Assembly (NCBI RefSeq): GCF_030144855.1
Contig: NC_082721.1
Coordinates: 43,524,001 to 43,588,000 of the forward strand
Direction: 5' to 3'
DNA: 64,000 nucleotides
Origin: Hypanus sabinus
Taxonomy: Eukaryota
Shown: one piece after another, positions 1-12,700 of the stretch
How the letters are laid out: every line of letters begins with the position of its first letter
Numbering within the stretch: position 1 is the stretch's first letter
Notes under the pieces: model-generated
The model's database searches: none
What the model was told of the DNA's origin: nothing
What the model saw: the letters and a program-made list of their open reading frames with translations, nothing else
Position numbers and translations under genes: made by a program

Positions 1-97
1 GGGTACACCCCAGGTTTTTGAAAGAGGTAACTGATAAGATTGTGGAGGCTTTTCTAATCATCTTTGAAGAATCAATAGATTCTACAATGGTTTTGCA

Positions 98-972
98 GTA
101 CTGAAGATTGCAAATGTCACACCACTTTTTAAAAGGGAGGGACACAAAAGTAGGAAATTATTGCCAGCGGTAGGCAGGATGTTAGAGCCCATTCATAAGG
201 ATGAGGTTTTGGGGTACACTGAGACACTTGGTCTGGTGCGCGTGAGCCCTTGCCATGTTGGTAGCACAATTTATTTGGCAAATGGTTTCTATTTTGATGC
301 TGCATTTGTAATCACACTCATTTTCATTCTGGACTGCAACTCAGTTTCACTCTTCTCTGTTGATCCATTGATACAGCTATTTCGACTGCTCTTTTAAATG
401 TAAGCTCTGCTTCAGTTAAATGTCGTTTTTGAATGGTTTCTTGTAATGTTCCAATAAACTTCCTCTTCTTTTGAGCTCAATGATTTTTCCTTTTCCGAAG
501 AAAACAAGCAGCTCCAAAGAAGCAAAATGTGCCATGCTTTTTTGATACTCAACCACTTTGCTGCACTTTTAAAAAAATTGCACTTCAACAGGTAAATTGT
601 CATCACGGTTTCTTAAAACTTCCTAAAACATTAAACCAATCACAAATAAGGGATTTGGGAATAACTTGTGTACTTCATTTTTACTTAAGGGAGGCAATAC
701 GTATGTCATGCTAGCATCATGACTGCAATTCATGTATTTGTACATATAACCTGAAATGAATTGTTGATACAAAATATTTATGAGATATTTACACCATACT
801 TACTCATATATTACTGATATATTGATATACAGCAGATAGGCTGAAACTTCAGTCCCTTTTCCAGGGTAGAAATGTCAAATATTAGAGGACATGGATTAAA
901 GGTGAGAGGGATAAATTTTAAAGGAGATATTTGGGACAAGGGTATTTGTACAGAGAGTGGTAGATGACTGGA
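98..972. repeat. First copy of an old ~880-bp tandem duplication (CR1 fragments plus unclassified repeat); second copy is 978-1510 plus ~11030-11423
   Basis: gtactgaagattg.aaatgtcacacca recurs at 98 and 978; 630-972 matches ~11080-11423; copy 2 is broken after caggtaaattgt (~1510) by the Penelope nest. Confidence 0.8.
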
Positions 973-1608
973 ATAAAAGTACTGAAGATTGTAAATGTCA
1001 CACCAGTCTTTAAAATGGAAGGACACAAAAGTAGAAAATTATCACCAGTGGTAGGCAAGATGTTAGAGCCCATTCATAAGGATGAGGTTTTGGGGTACAC
1101 TGAGACACTTGGTCTGGTGCATGTGAGCCCTTGCCATGTTGGTAGCACAACTTATTTGGCCAGGTGGTTTCTATTTTGATGCTGCATTTGTATTCACACT
1201 CACCTTCATTCCGGACTGCAACTCAATTTCACTCTTCTCTGTTGATCCATTGATACAGCTATTCCAACTGCTCTTTTAAATGACGTTGTGCTTCAGTTTA
1301 AGTGCTATTTTTGAATGGTTTCTTGTAACATTCCAATAAACTTCCTCTTCTTCTGAACTCAAATGATTTTTCCTTTTGTGAATAAAACATGCTGCTCCAA
1401 AGAAATAAAATGTGCCTTGTTTTTTTGATACGTAACCATTTTGCAGCACTGCTGTGGAAACCACTACCCTATGTGGAAAGTTTCACTGCACTTCCGCAGG
1501 TAAATTGTTGTCTCTGCAAACACGAGGAAACCTGCAGATTCTGGAAACTCAAGCAGCACACATAAAATGCTGGTGGAATGCAGCAGGCCAGGCCAGGCCA
1601 GGAACAAG

Positions 1609-1647
1609 TACAGCTGACATTTCGGGCCAAGACCCTTCGTCAGGACT
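1609..1647 (-). ncRNA. Degenerate minimal hammerhead ribozyme motif in the Penelope terminal repeat
   Basis: Minus strand AGTC-CTGACGA-AGGG-TCTTGG-CCC-GAAA-TGTC: core boxes and stem II present; stem III and stem I' are mutated. Confidence 0.55.
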
Positions 1648-1880
1648 AACTGAAAGGAAAGATAGTAAGAGATTTGAAAGTAGGAGGGTAAGGGGGATAT
1701 CTGAATTGATAGAAGACAGGAGGGGGAGAGGTGAAGCTAAGAGTTGGAAATGTAATTGGCAAAAGGGAAACAGAGCTGGAGAAGGGAGAGAATCATGGCA
1801 TGGGAGGCCTGGGGAGAAAGAAAGGGGGAGGGGAGCACCAGAGTGAGATGAAGAACAGGCAATGAGTGATTGTGAGAGGG

Positions 1881-1972
1881 GCAGAGAGAGAGAAAAAAAG
1901 GGGGGAATGAATGAATGCATGAATGAATAAATAAAGAAAGAAAGAAAAAAGAAAGAAAGAAAGAAAGAAAGG
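1881..1972 (+). repeat. Compound microsatellite (GA)n/(GAAT)n/(GAAA)n
   Basis: Direct reading of the sequence. Confidence 0.9.
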
Positions 1973-4900
1973 ATGGGATAAGAAGGGGAGGAGGAGCATT
2001 AACAGAAGTCAGAGAACTCAATGTTCATGCCATCATGTTGGAGGTTACCCACACGGAATATAAGATGTTGTTCCTGCAACCTGAGTGCGGCTGCATCTTG
2101 ACAGTAGAGGAGGTCATAGATAGACATATCAGAATGGGAATGGGATGTGGAATTAAAATGTGTATCCACTGGGAGATCATGCTTTCTCTGGTGGACAGAG
2201 TGTAGGTGTTCAGTGAAACGGTCTCCCAGTCTGCGTCGGGTCTCACCAATATATAGAAGGTTGCACCGGGAGCACTGGATGCAGTATATCACACCAGCCG
2301 ACTCACAGGTGAAGTGTCGCCTCACCTGGAAGGACTGTCTGGGGCCCTGAATGGTGGTGAGGGAAGAAGTGTAAGGGCAAGTGTAACACTTGTTCCGCTT
2401 ACAAGGATATGTGCCAGGAGGAAGATCGGTGTGAATGGATGGGGGGGGGGGGGGCAATAAATGGACAAGGGAGTTGCACAGGGAGTGATCCCTGCAGAAA
2501 GCAAAAAGGGGTGTTGGAAAAGATGTACTTGGTAGTGGGATCCCATTTGAGGTGGCAGAAGTTATGGAGGATTATATTTTGGTCCCAGAGTCTGCTGGGG
2601 TGGTAGGTGAGGTCAAGGGGAGCCCTATCCCGAGTGGGGTGGCGGGTGGATGGGGTGAGAGCATATTTGCATGAAATGGGAGAGATGCGTTTGAGAGCAG
2701 AGTTGTGGTGGAGGAAGGGAAGCCCCTTTCTTTAAAAAAGGAAGGCATCTCCTTTGTCCTGGAATGAAAAACCTTATCCTGAGTGCAGATGCAGTGGAGA
2801 TGGAGGAAGTGCAAGAAGGGGATGGCATTTTTGCAGGAGACAGGCTGGGAAGAGGAGTAGTCCAGCTAGCTGTGAGAGTCAGTAGGATTACAGGGGATAT
2901 CAGTGTTACGAACCCTGTAACTGGGCATCTTACCAGCAGATAGGAGTAGCCGTTGAAGTCTCATGATACTATTTTTAACAGTATTTATTAGTAAAAATAC
3001 ACAAAAATAATATCAATGCAAATATACAGATAATATACGTCATCAATACTAAACCTAAAAGTGCGGGTATAATAATAATCAATAAGAAATAAGCTCTATC
3101 ATTGTCTAGGGGATAATGAATTGTCCGATGGAAATATAAAGTTCGTTTCCGTTCACACAGGCTGCGGTGTTTGTTTGTCGCTGTGTTGCAATTGTTGGGA
3201 GAGAGAGAGAGATAGAAGAATGGGGACAGTTACCGCTATTGTTTTTGCCAACCTTCCTTTATGATTTTGATCCGTTGTTGTCTCGTTGTTGTGGCCGTTC
3301 AAGTATGACCTCTCCTTTAGCTAAACTGTTCCTCCGTGAGGAGCCCGCCACCCAGTCAAGGGAGGACACACACGAGCTCTCACCTGCTTTCGTTATAAAA
3401 TGCTGTCACTGGATTTCTAGCATTTCTCCTGGTGTGTCTGAGGAGTGTTCCCCAGACCCGACTTTTATCCTCACTCACGGGGTCTCAGATGTCAATCAGG
3501 TTGGGATGATGCAATCCCTCAACCAGACCACCCTGGTTGCCCCCTGAGGGGTTTCAATGAATAGTACATTACCTCAATACACAATTCTTCCTTCAAGAGA
3601 CAATGACAGCAATCCCTCTCTTTGTCAATAGGAGACATTCCACCCTGTTGTGTATTCTGCATTGTCTATAACAACTGCCTTTGCTGTGCTCCTGCGTCTC
3701 TCTCTCTCTCATTACTGACAGGATGTGTATCTCTCTCATTTCCTGGGTCTCAGACCTGAAATAATAGCGATCTTGCGATTCTCAAAGGGGGGGGGGGTGC
3801 GGGCATTGGCGATTCTGTACCCTTCTGTCGATCAGATTTGCTCCTCATTCGTAACACCCCCATCCTTCTAAGGATTTTTACCACAGGGAAAAATTACCTT
3901 CTACAGAGTCTTACAGAATTTCAGAATCTTAACACACTACAAAAGAGTTTTTTTTACTACAGAGTAATACAGTTATACATTCAATTCAGCATCTCGATAA
4001 ACAGTCAGCAAACACATTATCACTTCCTTTAATATGCTGTATCTTAATATCTTGTACCTTAATAAATTCCTGTAGCATCAGACTCCAATTTAATAACCAC
4101 TTATTTTTATTCCTTTCCTTCAGCAAAACAAAACTAAAGAGTTGTGATCTTAGCTGACGTGTATATTACAAAAGATTATGCAATTACTACTCTTTATTTT
4201 ACTTTCAAACCTAACAGTCAATCTTCCACGGTGTTGTCTTTATTATTTACAAGCTTTGTCGAAATCCCTTAAAACCAGATCCTGTTATTTAAAGTGGCAG
4301 CCCATCAACCTTCGCCCCTTTTCCAGTTAACACTCACGTGGTTAGCTTGCTTACCCGTGTGGAATAGGCCTTTGCATGCTCCTTTCATAGGAGTTGTTTT
4401 ATGAACAATGCTTTCCAAACTTAGCCCATCTTCTGAACTTCCACACAATTCTTTATTTTTAAGCAAGTCGTTAGTTTTATCTTCAGGACCCTTCATTCTA
4501 TTAATTTTCAGTTTAATATCTGCAAGCGATCCCTCTTTGTCCAAACAACATTTCAAATTCTGCCTCTTCACAGCACACCCTTGAATAACATTAGCGAGTG
4601 GGGCACCTTTATATTCCAAATCAAACTGTAATTGATTCACAGGCACCTTGTTAAAAAGCCATTGTTCCTTCAGCCTGGTTACTGATTCTACACCAATCCA
4701 GACTTTTAATTTTCTTCATTCAACTTAGGAACTACACTTTTCCCTTCTCCTTCAATAATGATATCCACATCACCACCTTTTGTCTCCTCACTAACTTTTA
4801 ATACACCTTCGAACACAAACAACTGGGAATTCTCACTTCCCACTATTACCAAGGTTAACCCTTTTTTCGCTGAACCAAGTCCATCTGACCCACAAGGACT

Positions 4901-5471
4901 GCATTCCTTTTTAAATGAATCAGATACCTCAGACTTTTCCTGAGTTTCATTACTAGGTTCAGTACCATGTGCATCCACATCTTGAACACACTCAAACGGG
5001 ATCTCTGCCTCTTCCAGGCTTTCAATACCCGTCCCCTTTTCAAATTCTAAGTTCCCCTGATCCTCCCAGTTACTCTCTGGGTAACTCCCTTCCGGAGTAA
5101 ACTCAACCCTGCGGGCTGAAACAACCTCATCTGCTAACTCAGCAGTTTCCTTCAACGTAACAGCATCCTTTTCATCTAGAACTGCCCTATTTTATTATCG
5201 GGAACACCTTTAAAATTTTCAACTTCTTCAAACAGTTCTGTCAAGCCAGACAGATCATCCATGTCCAACACTGGACCTTCTAACGCCCTTATCTGTTTCT
5301 CATCTTTACTCGGTGCCTCTATAAATTTCCTCCCGGTTAAGGGTAGGTCTACCTCCTCTCCTTTACTCTCTTTCACCTCCCTATTCTCCGTTTTACCACC
5401 CTCTAACCCCTCTTGGTACAGGGTCGGTAAAAACGTCTCAGCCAAATCAACACTGGACTGATTTAAACTGG

Positions 5472-6056
5472 TCATTTCTCAGCTGCCTTTCTCGACACGC
5501 TGCGAGTGATCGCGCATGCGGGATATATCTCGGAATCTAGGGGCGGGTCCTCAACACTTTTAGGCTGGCTCGTCAGCTTCCTTGCAGACCAAACCTCACC
5601 ACCAGCTAAATTGTTACCAAGAAGGACGTCCACGTCAGCTCTCGGAAATTCTGATCGCACCCCTATTTCAACTGATCCAGATACCAGCTCACAATTTATA
5701 ATGATCCTATGCAAAGGCACAGCTTCTGTCCCTTTTCCTATGCCTCTCAAAGCTACCTCTCCCGTCTCAGGACCAAAATCTAGTACCTTACTGAGAATCA
5801 ATGACTGCTCAGCTCCAGTATCTCTCCAGATCCGCACTGGAACTGGTGTTTCTCCATCTTTCACAGACATGGTCCCTTCTGAAATAAATTTCTCACGCCA
5901 CTCTCGTATTCTGTTTACCTGGGGCTTTCTCGTTGATTTACTGATTAACACAATACACCCTGTAGGGACTGCTGCTTTCCCCTTTCCTGTCTCCTTCCTC
6001 GGAGCAAAGCACTTAGATGCAATATGACCCACCTTTCCACAATTAAAACAGGTCAA
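5472..6056 (-). CDS. Gag CCHC zinc knuckle + aspartic protease
   Basis: CFNCGKVGHIASKC; RDTGAEQS catalytic motif; VDVLLGNNLAGG flap/C-terminal motif. Confidence 0.8.
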   Translation of the reverse strand: MTCFNCGKVGHIASKCFAPRKETGKGKAAVPTGCIVLISKSTRKPQVNRIREWREKFISEGTMSVKDGETPVPVRIWRDTGAEQSLILSKVLDFGPETGEVALRGIGKGTEAVPLHRIIINCELVSGSVEIGVRSEFPRADVDVLLGNNLAGGEVWSARKLTSQPKSVEDPPLDSEIYPACAITRSVSRKAAEK

Positions 6057-7111
6057 GCCAGGACCCCTCCTGCCATCTTGCCTTTCTTCCTCCTTATTTT
6101 CACTACTAGCTCCCGGCTGAATCTTTGCCTCAGCCAGCGGGGTTTCTCTACCATTCCTACTGTCTTATTCGAGGAAAACTTTGTCTTGTGGGTTAGGGCA
6201 TATTCATCTGCGAACCTGGCAAATTCGGATATGGACTTATTCGGCTTCTCGTTCAAATACATCCAGATATCATCCGAAACACAACCTTTAAATTCCTCAA
6301 TCAGAATTAACTCCCTGAAATGCCGAAAATCTTCTTCCAGCCTTTCTGCTGCATACCAACGATCCAAGAGCACACCCTTCTCATAGGCAAACTCTGCATT
6401 TGTCTGATTCCACACTTTCTTTAAACTTCTGAACTTTTGTCTATAGGCCTCAGGTACTAATTCGTAGGCCCGAAGAATGGCCTGTTTTACTTCCTCGTAA
6501 TTTTCATACTCCTCCTTCTCCACAGATAATGCCGCATATGCCCGTGGTGCCTTCCCTTTTAACAGACTTTGTAACAATGCCACCCACTGATCTCTGGGCC
6601 ACTTCTGATTCACTGCCACCTTTTCAAAATGCAAGAAATAACTATCAACATCCGTCTCCTCGAACGGAGGTACTAACCTAAACTCCCTACTAACATTGAA
6701 CCTCTCCTCTCGGTCTGGCCCTTGAGCTCTTCGCTCTTGCCTTAACTTCTCCGTGTCCAGCTCATGCTGCCTCTGTTTCTCCTTGTCCTCATACTCCCTC
6801 TGCTTTTTAGCTCTTTCCTTCTCCTTTTCAGCTGCTTCCAGCTGTTTTAACTTAATTTCATGTTCCAACCTTAATTTTTCCAACTCTAACTGAGCCGTCC
6901 CACTAGCTGGTACCTTTTCAGGGATCTGTTCCACTACCTCAGCTGAAGACACATTCTTCTCAATATAATGCTGAGTTACGGCCCTCCGCATCTCCCACTT
7001 TTTCATTGACAACCTCACCTCTGCGAGATTTATTCCTTTCGCAATATTTATCAAGTCTGAATTTGTGGCAGCCTCCAGTGCCTCCAGAGTCGGTTTTTTT
7101 GATGTATTCAT
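6053..7111 (-). CDS. Gypsy gag with SCAN-like capsid region
   Basis: 352-aa ORF with VPPFEETDVDSYFLHFEKVA, AYELVPEAYRQKFR and RELILIEEFK; a frameshift separates it from the zinc knuckle. Confidence 0.8.
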   Translation of the reverse strand: MNTSKKPTLEALEAATNSDLINIAKGINLAEVRLSMKKWEMRRAVTQHYIEKNVSSAEVVEQIPEKVPASGTAQLELEKLRLEHEIKLKQLEAAEKEKERAKKQREYEDKEKQRQHELDTEKLRQERRAQGPDREERFNVSREFRLVPPFEETDVDSYFLHFEKVAVNQKWPRDQWVALLQSLLKGKAPRAYAALSVEKEEYENYEEVKQAILRAYELVPEAYRQKFRSLKKVWNQTNAEFAYEKGVLLDRWYAAERLEEDFRHFRELILIEEFKGCVSDDIWMYLNEKPNKSISEFARFADEYALTHKTKFSSNKTVGMVEKPRWLRQRFSRELVVKIRRKKGKMAGGVLA

Positions 7112-8535
7112 CTACGTCCATCTTTGCTGGTTTCCCGTCTGGCTATCCACGCAACCAGATCCAGGTTTTGACTTAAAAGCCCGATTTACTGGCCCTTCAA
7201 TTTGGTACTGAATCTCGAGATGAGGCCCCAAGTTGTTATGAACCACATAACTGGGTGTCTTACCAGCAAAGATAGGAGTAGCTGTTTAAGTCTGATGATA
7301 CTATTTTTAATGGTATTTATAAGTAAAAATACATAAAAATAATATCAATGCAAATATACAGATAATGTACTTCATCAATACTAAACCTAAAAGTGCGGGT
7401 ATAATAATAATCAATAAGAAATAAGCTCTATCGTTGTCTAGGGGATAATGAATTGTCCAATGGAAATATAAAGTTCGTTTCGTTCACACAGGCTGCGGTG
7501 TTTGTTTGTCGCTGTGTTGCAATTGTTGGAGAGAGAGAGAGATAGAAGAATGGGGACAGTTACCGCTATTGTTTTTGCCAACCTTCCTTTATGATTTTGA
7601 TCCGTCGTTGTCTCGTTGTTGTGGCCGTTCAAGTATGACCTCTCCTTTAGCTAAACTGTTCCTCCGTGAGGAGCCCGCCACCCAGTCAAGGGAGGACACA
7701 CACGAGCTCTCACCAGCTTTCGCTATAAAATGCCGTCACTGGATTTCTAACGTTCTTCCTAGTGCGTCTGAGGGGTGTTCCCCAGACCCAACCTTTATCC
7801 TCACTCACAGGGTCTCAGATGTCAATCAGGTTGGGATGATGCAATCCCTCAACCAGACCACTCTGGTTGCTCCCTGAGGGGTTTCAATGAATAGTACAGT
7901 ACTCAATACACAATTCCTCCTTCAAGAGACAATGGCAGCAATCCCTCTCTTTGTCAATAGGAGATATTCCACCTTGTTGTGTATTCTGCATTGTCTATAA
8001 CAACTGCCTTTGCTGTGATCCTGCATCTCTCTCTCTCATTCCTGACATGATGTGTATCTCTCTCATTTCCTGGGTCTCAGACCCGAAATAATACCGATCT
8101 TGCAATTCTCAAAGGGGGCGGTGGCGGGCATTGGCGATTCTGTACCCTTCTGTCCATCAAATTGGCTCCTCATTCGTAACGTTAGTAAATAAGCTGTCTC
8201 CAGAGATGGAGACAGAAAGATCAAGAAAGGGAGGGAAGTGTCAGAAATGGACTAGGTAAATTTGAGGACAGGGTGATAGTTGAAGGCAAAGTTAATGAAG
8301 TCAACGAGCTCAGCATGCGTGCAGGAGGCAGTGCCAATTCAGTCATCGATGTAGCGAAGGAAAATAGGGGGACGGACACCTGTATAGTCTTGGAACATGG
8401 ACTGTTCCACAAAGCCAATAAAAAGGAAGGTATAGCTGGGACCCATATTGGTGCCCATGGATACAGCTTTGGTTTGGAAGAAGTGGGAGGAGCCAAAGGA
8501 GAAATTATTGAGAGTAAGGACTAATTCCGTGAGAC

Positions 8536-9745
8536 TAGTGGTCGCCAACCAGTTGATCGCGATCGACTAGTCAATCTTTAAGACTTTCCGAGTAAATTCC
8601 GAAAAAAAAAGAAAAATAAATACACAAATACTGTTGAGAGATTTTTTCCGGGTTGCAGGAAGTGCAACAAGTGCTGTTTTTTTGCCCAATGCGCATTGTG
8701 AGTACCTGCCCCACCACGCACTACACAGTGTACTTCAGCAGTCCCCAACCACTGAAGGATGGTCGAAGGTCGTGAGGAAATGATATGGTTTGTTGATATG
8801 AAACAATATGAGTCAACTGCACCTTCCCTCATTCCCTGTCACACCCACTGTTGAACTTTAATGCATACGAGGTCATTGGTGGCTTAAATTAAGTGACACC
8901 CTCATGACAGGGATCACTGGTTCACCTCGTGTGGCCAGCAAGAAGTGCTGTTGCTACTGGCCTGGAGTGTGGACAGATGGTCACTGCCTCTAAACCTGTT
9001 TAGTACACCAAATGTTTGTGGGGAACCCGGTGCTAAAATATTCTCAGTCGACCTAATTCGGGCTCAGGGTTTTGTAAATATCAGAGCAGCTACCTCGCTT
9101 TGATATACTGAAAGTCATCCCTCGAGCAAAACTTTTGTCAGCTGATTGATCCTGCCGACCTACAAGGGGGCGGACACACATGCCCTGTCGCACTCCTCAC
9201 TCAGTCGGTCGCTCTCTCCATACTGCGACCGTCGCGGCCCCTGTATGGGGACCTCTGGCCCTGACCTTGTCCTTTCACCCGCCCCACGACCAGCCGCACC
9301 TGGCCAAGGCATCTGGTGGCGGGCGGGCGTGAGGCTGAAGTTCGGGCCTGGACGCAGTCTAATGAGGCAAAGAAGCCCTCAAGACTGCTTCGGCACCTTG
9401 ATTCCAAGCACCATGTACTTAAAGTCAAACCCGTTGAGTTTTTTGAGCAGAAAAAACATGAGCAAGTGGGACAGAAGTGCTGATAGCCATGAAAACTAAA
9501 TTGCGGAACAGACTGGACATAAGGAAACTCCTTCGAGTATCACTGTACTCCAGTTGTGTTTAACACCTCCCCCCACCCTATCGGCCAGTCTGCAAGAATA
9601 TTGTCAATATTAAACCAGTACGCGGTGCAAAAAAAGGGTGGTGACCCCTGGTGTACGTACATTATTTCTACTTCTGGGTTGTGGGGTCTTACTTCCTGTT
9701 TTTTCTACCTGGTGCGCATGTGTGTGACTAACCGATTAGTAGGTT
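8536..9745. mobile_element. Non-autonomous hAT-like element (outer); right end truncated
   Basis: Left end TAGTGGTCGCCAACC followed by GATCGCGATCG; remnant of the complementary end (cgattagtaggttg) near 9733-9746; interrupts the Penelope RT. Confidence 0.6.
8736..9650. mobile_element. hAT (Charlie-like) MITE nested in the outer hAT element
   Basis: Ends CAGCAGTCCCCAACC and GGGTGGTGACCCCTG are imperfect inverted repeats; 8-bp TSD GTGTACTT / GTGTACGT. Confidence 0.8.
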
Positions 9746-12700
9746 GATCTTGCCTTTCACTAAGGCCGAGATAGGGGATCTTGGGCTTAAAAAGGATGGT
9801 AACCATTACACTAGATGGAGGAGAGTGGTGATAGAGAGGAACTGGTTTGGTCTGGATTCCAAAAAGAAGTGGAGAGGATGGAGGTTTATAGCGACTGTAC
9901 GTCCATGGAGAAAATATGGCGGTGGGGGCCAGGGAGCTTAAAATTATTGAAAAAGTTCAAAGCATGAGAAGTGTCATGAACATAGGTGAGAAGGGATTGA
10001 ACAAGGGGGATAAAACAGTGTCAAGGTATGCAGAAATGAGTTTGGTGGGGCAGGAGCAAACTGAGACAATGGGTCTACCTGAATAGGCAAGTTTGTGGAT
10101 CTTGGGTAGGAGGTAGAAACAGGAAGTGCGGGGTATGGGAACTATGAGGTTGGTGGCAGTGGATGAGAGATCCCCAGAACTGAAAATTTTGGTGATGGTG
10201 TGGTTGACAGTAGCCTGGTGTTCCTTAGTGGGGTCATAATCGTGGGGTAAATAAGAGGAGGTATCAGTGAGGTATCGCTGTGCCTCAGCAAGGTAGAGGT
10301 CAGTACACCAGACTACAACAGCGCCCCCCCTTATTATCGGGTGTTATAGTAGGTTGGGATTGGTGCAAAGGGAATGGAGAGCAGAGCGTTTGGAAGGAGT
10401 GAGGTTGGAATTGGAACAGGGTGTGGTGAAGTCAAGACGGTTGATGTCCCGTTGGCAGTTAGCAATAAAGAGATGCAGAGCAGGCAGAAGACTAGAGCGG
10501 GATGTCCATGAACAGGAAGAGGGTTGAAGACGTTGGGAGAGGTCATCGGTGGGGATGGGAGTGTCCTTGCCAAAGAAGTAGACTCGAAGGCAGAGCTGGT
10601 TGAAGAAGAGTTCAGTGTCATAGCTTTGCAGAACTTGCTGAGACGTGGGTGCAGAGGCACAAAGGTGAATCCCTTACTGAGGACAGAGCGCTCTGCTTCA
10701 GAGAGATGAAGGTTGGAGGGGATGGTAAAGACCTGGCACGGATGAGTGCTGGGATCAGAGGGGGGAGGGAGGCTGGTAGTATCAGTGGAGAGGGGACGGT
10801 TGGGGTGAGAGGAAGATGGAACCTCTGAGGGTCCAGGAGTTGACAAAGGGATCTGAAGGAGTCGGGGTTGCAGAGTGCTGGTGGGGGAAGTGAGGACGGG
10901 AGTCACAATTGCAGCATGTGAAGACCCGGCCTGGAGTTCACGGCTGGAGTCTCAGTTGGAGGCTGCACAATCGCTTTGAAGGTGTCCTTAGTCATTGGAA
11001 CCTGCATTGATGGTGATGATGGTGTCGTCTCTGGTTCATTTAAAACTTCCTAGCTGCCACTGTTATGTTTTGTACTTTCCAAAACATTAAAACAATTGCA
11101 TGGAAAATGAGGGATCTGGGAATAACTTGTGTACTTTTTTACTTAAGCGAGGCAATGCGTATGACATGATAGCATCATAACATGTAAATCAAGTATTTTT
11201 ACATATAACCTGAAATTAATTGTTGATATAAAATATTTACAAGATGTTTACACCATATTTACTCAAATATTTCTGATATATTAATATACAGCAGATAGGC
11301 TGAGACTTCAGTCTCTTTTCCAGGGTAGAAATGTCAAATATTAGAGGACATGGATTGAAGGTGAGAGGGTTAAAGTTTGATGGGACAAGGGTATTTTTAC
11401 AGAGAGTGGTAGGTGACTGGAATGAGCTGCCAGGTGTAGTGGAGGAAGCAGATATGAGTCATATTTGAAAGACTTTTAGCTTGACAACAATTTGCAAAGT
11501 GTGGAGGGATATGTATCCTGTTTAAACAGAAGAGATTTAGTATTATTTGGCATCACGTTCAGTGCAGATTTTTGTGATAAAGGGCCTGTTTCAGTCCAAT
11601 GTTTGAATATTTCAAAGGCAACTAGGTTAATCAGATAATCATGTAACATTGCCATAATTTATCACATCCTAGATTCCTTCATTACCACTTGAAAGAATTG
11701 CCGTTACTGTCAGCACTACAGCCTGGTTCAATTGTAGTTAGACTAGTGCAGAGTAGCAGGTGATGTGGATAGTACGAACAGTAAAACATTTCTGGCCTGA
11801 GTTTCAGGAAATTTTATCAGATGCTGATTGTTGACAAGGAAACTTTGAATTGTCAATCTTGGATACAGTTTGAAAGATACATAAATTCTCCATCATAGTG
11901 AATGCAAGGTGTGAGGTGCACAGAGTGGAGAAAGAAGAATGAATGTTCTCTAGGTGGGGTCTTAAAATTCCATCAGCAGGAGTGAACCAACAGCAACACA
12001 TTGTAGTTGACAGAGCCCTTAATGACATGGTTATCAGACGAAATGTGAGAAACCCACATGGAATAAAATTTTAACTCTCCTCAGTATGGCCAAACAATAA
12101 ATGCATTTCTTCCAGAGAGTAAATAGGAAGAGTATCCACTGTGCAGTCATGTTTACAAAATCCACAATTTACATCAAGGATTCCCTCTACTACATTCTAT
12201 GGCAACACCAATATGCCAAAGCAAATAGTTTTAAAATAGATTTTGCATCTCAAAAATAACATTTGAATGATTGGACATCAGCAGCAGCTAAATTTCAGAT
12301 ATCTCCACCACAAATTGTAACCTTGTTCTGACATATCCTCACTCCATCATTCCAATCAAACAAAGCGGCTGACCCTGATTCAATGTAAAATATAGAAGAG
12401 TATATGAGCGGAACTTGTCATATCTAAAAATTGCCTGGAAATCTCATGTTACCACATTGTATGCATCGAGCAATTGAGCAGCATAAAGTTGTCTTAACCA
12501 ATAGGTCTGAACAAAGGCTTAAGTCCCTTAAGAGCAATGATGATAAATTTAATAGCGGGATATGCAAACAACAGATTTGTTAAAACAATTATGTTTTTGC
12601 CAGTTGTCGCTGTGAACACAATAAACATCACAATTCAAGAATACAAAACAAGGAATGCTGGAAGAACAAAACGATTCAAAAAGCACCTGTGGAGGCAAAA

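Larger units (their letters stand above)
2904..8181 (-). mobile_element. Gmr1-type Gypsy LTR element, non-autonomous (gag + protease only)
   Basis: LTRs 2904-3856 and 7234-8181 (TGTTA...GTAAC); minus-strand PPT AGAAGGATGGGG next to 3856; degenerate tRNA-Pro PBS TGGGGCCTCATCTC near 7230; possible TSD TCAG/TTAG; host Penelope sequence resumes on both sides. Confidence 0.9.
1515..11030 (-). mobile_element. Penelope-like element (RT + GIY-YIG), degraded and interrupted by LTR and hAT insertions
   Basis: GIY-YIG ORF 1999-2457 (C..C..C, LLYIGETRRRLGDRFTEH); RT pieces 8339-8548 (SMGTNMGPSY, LRYIDD) and 9745-10906; terminal repeat at 1515-1650. The outer boundary near 11030 is approximate. Confidence 0.85.

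Noticed and set aside
5506-6027. 173-aa + strand ORF
   Set aside because: Antisense shadow of the protease ORF.
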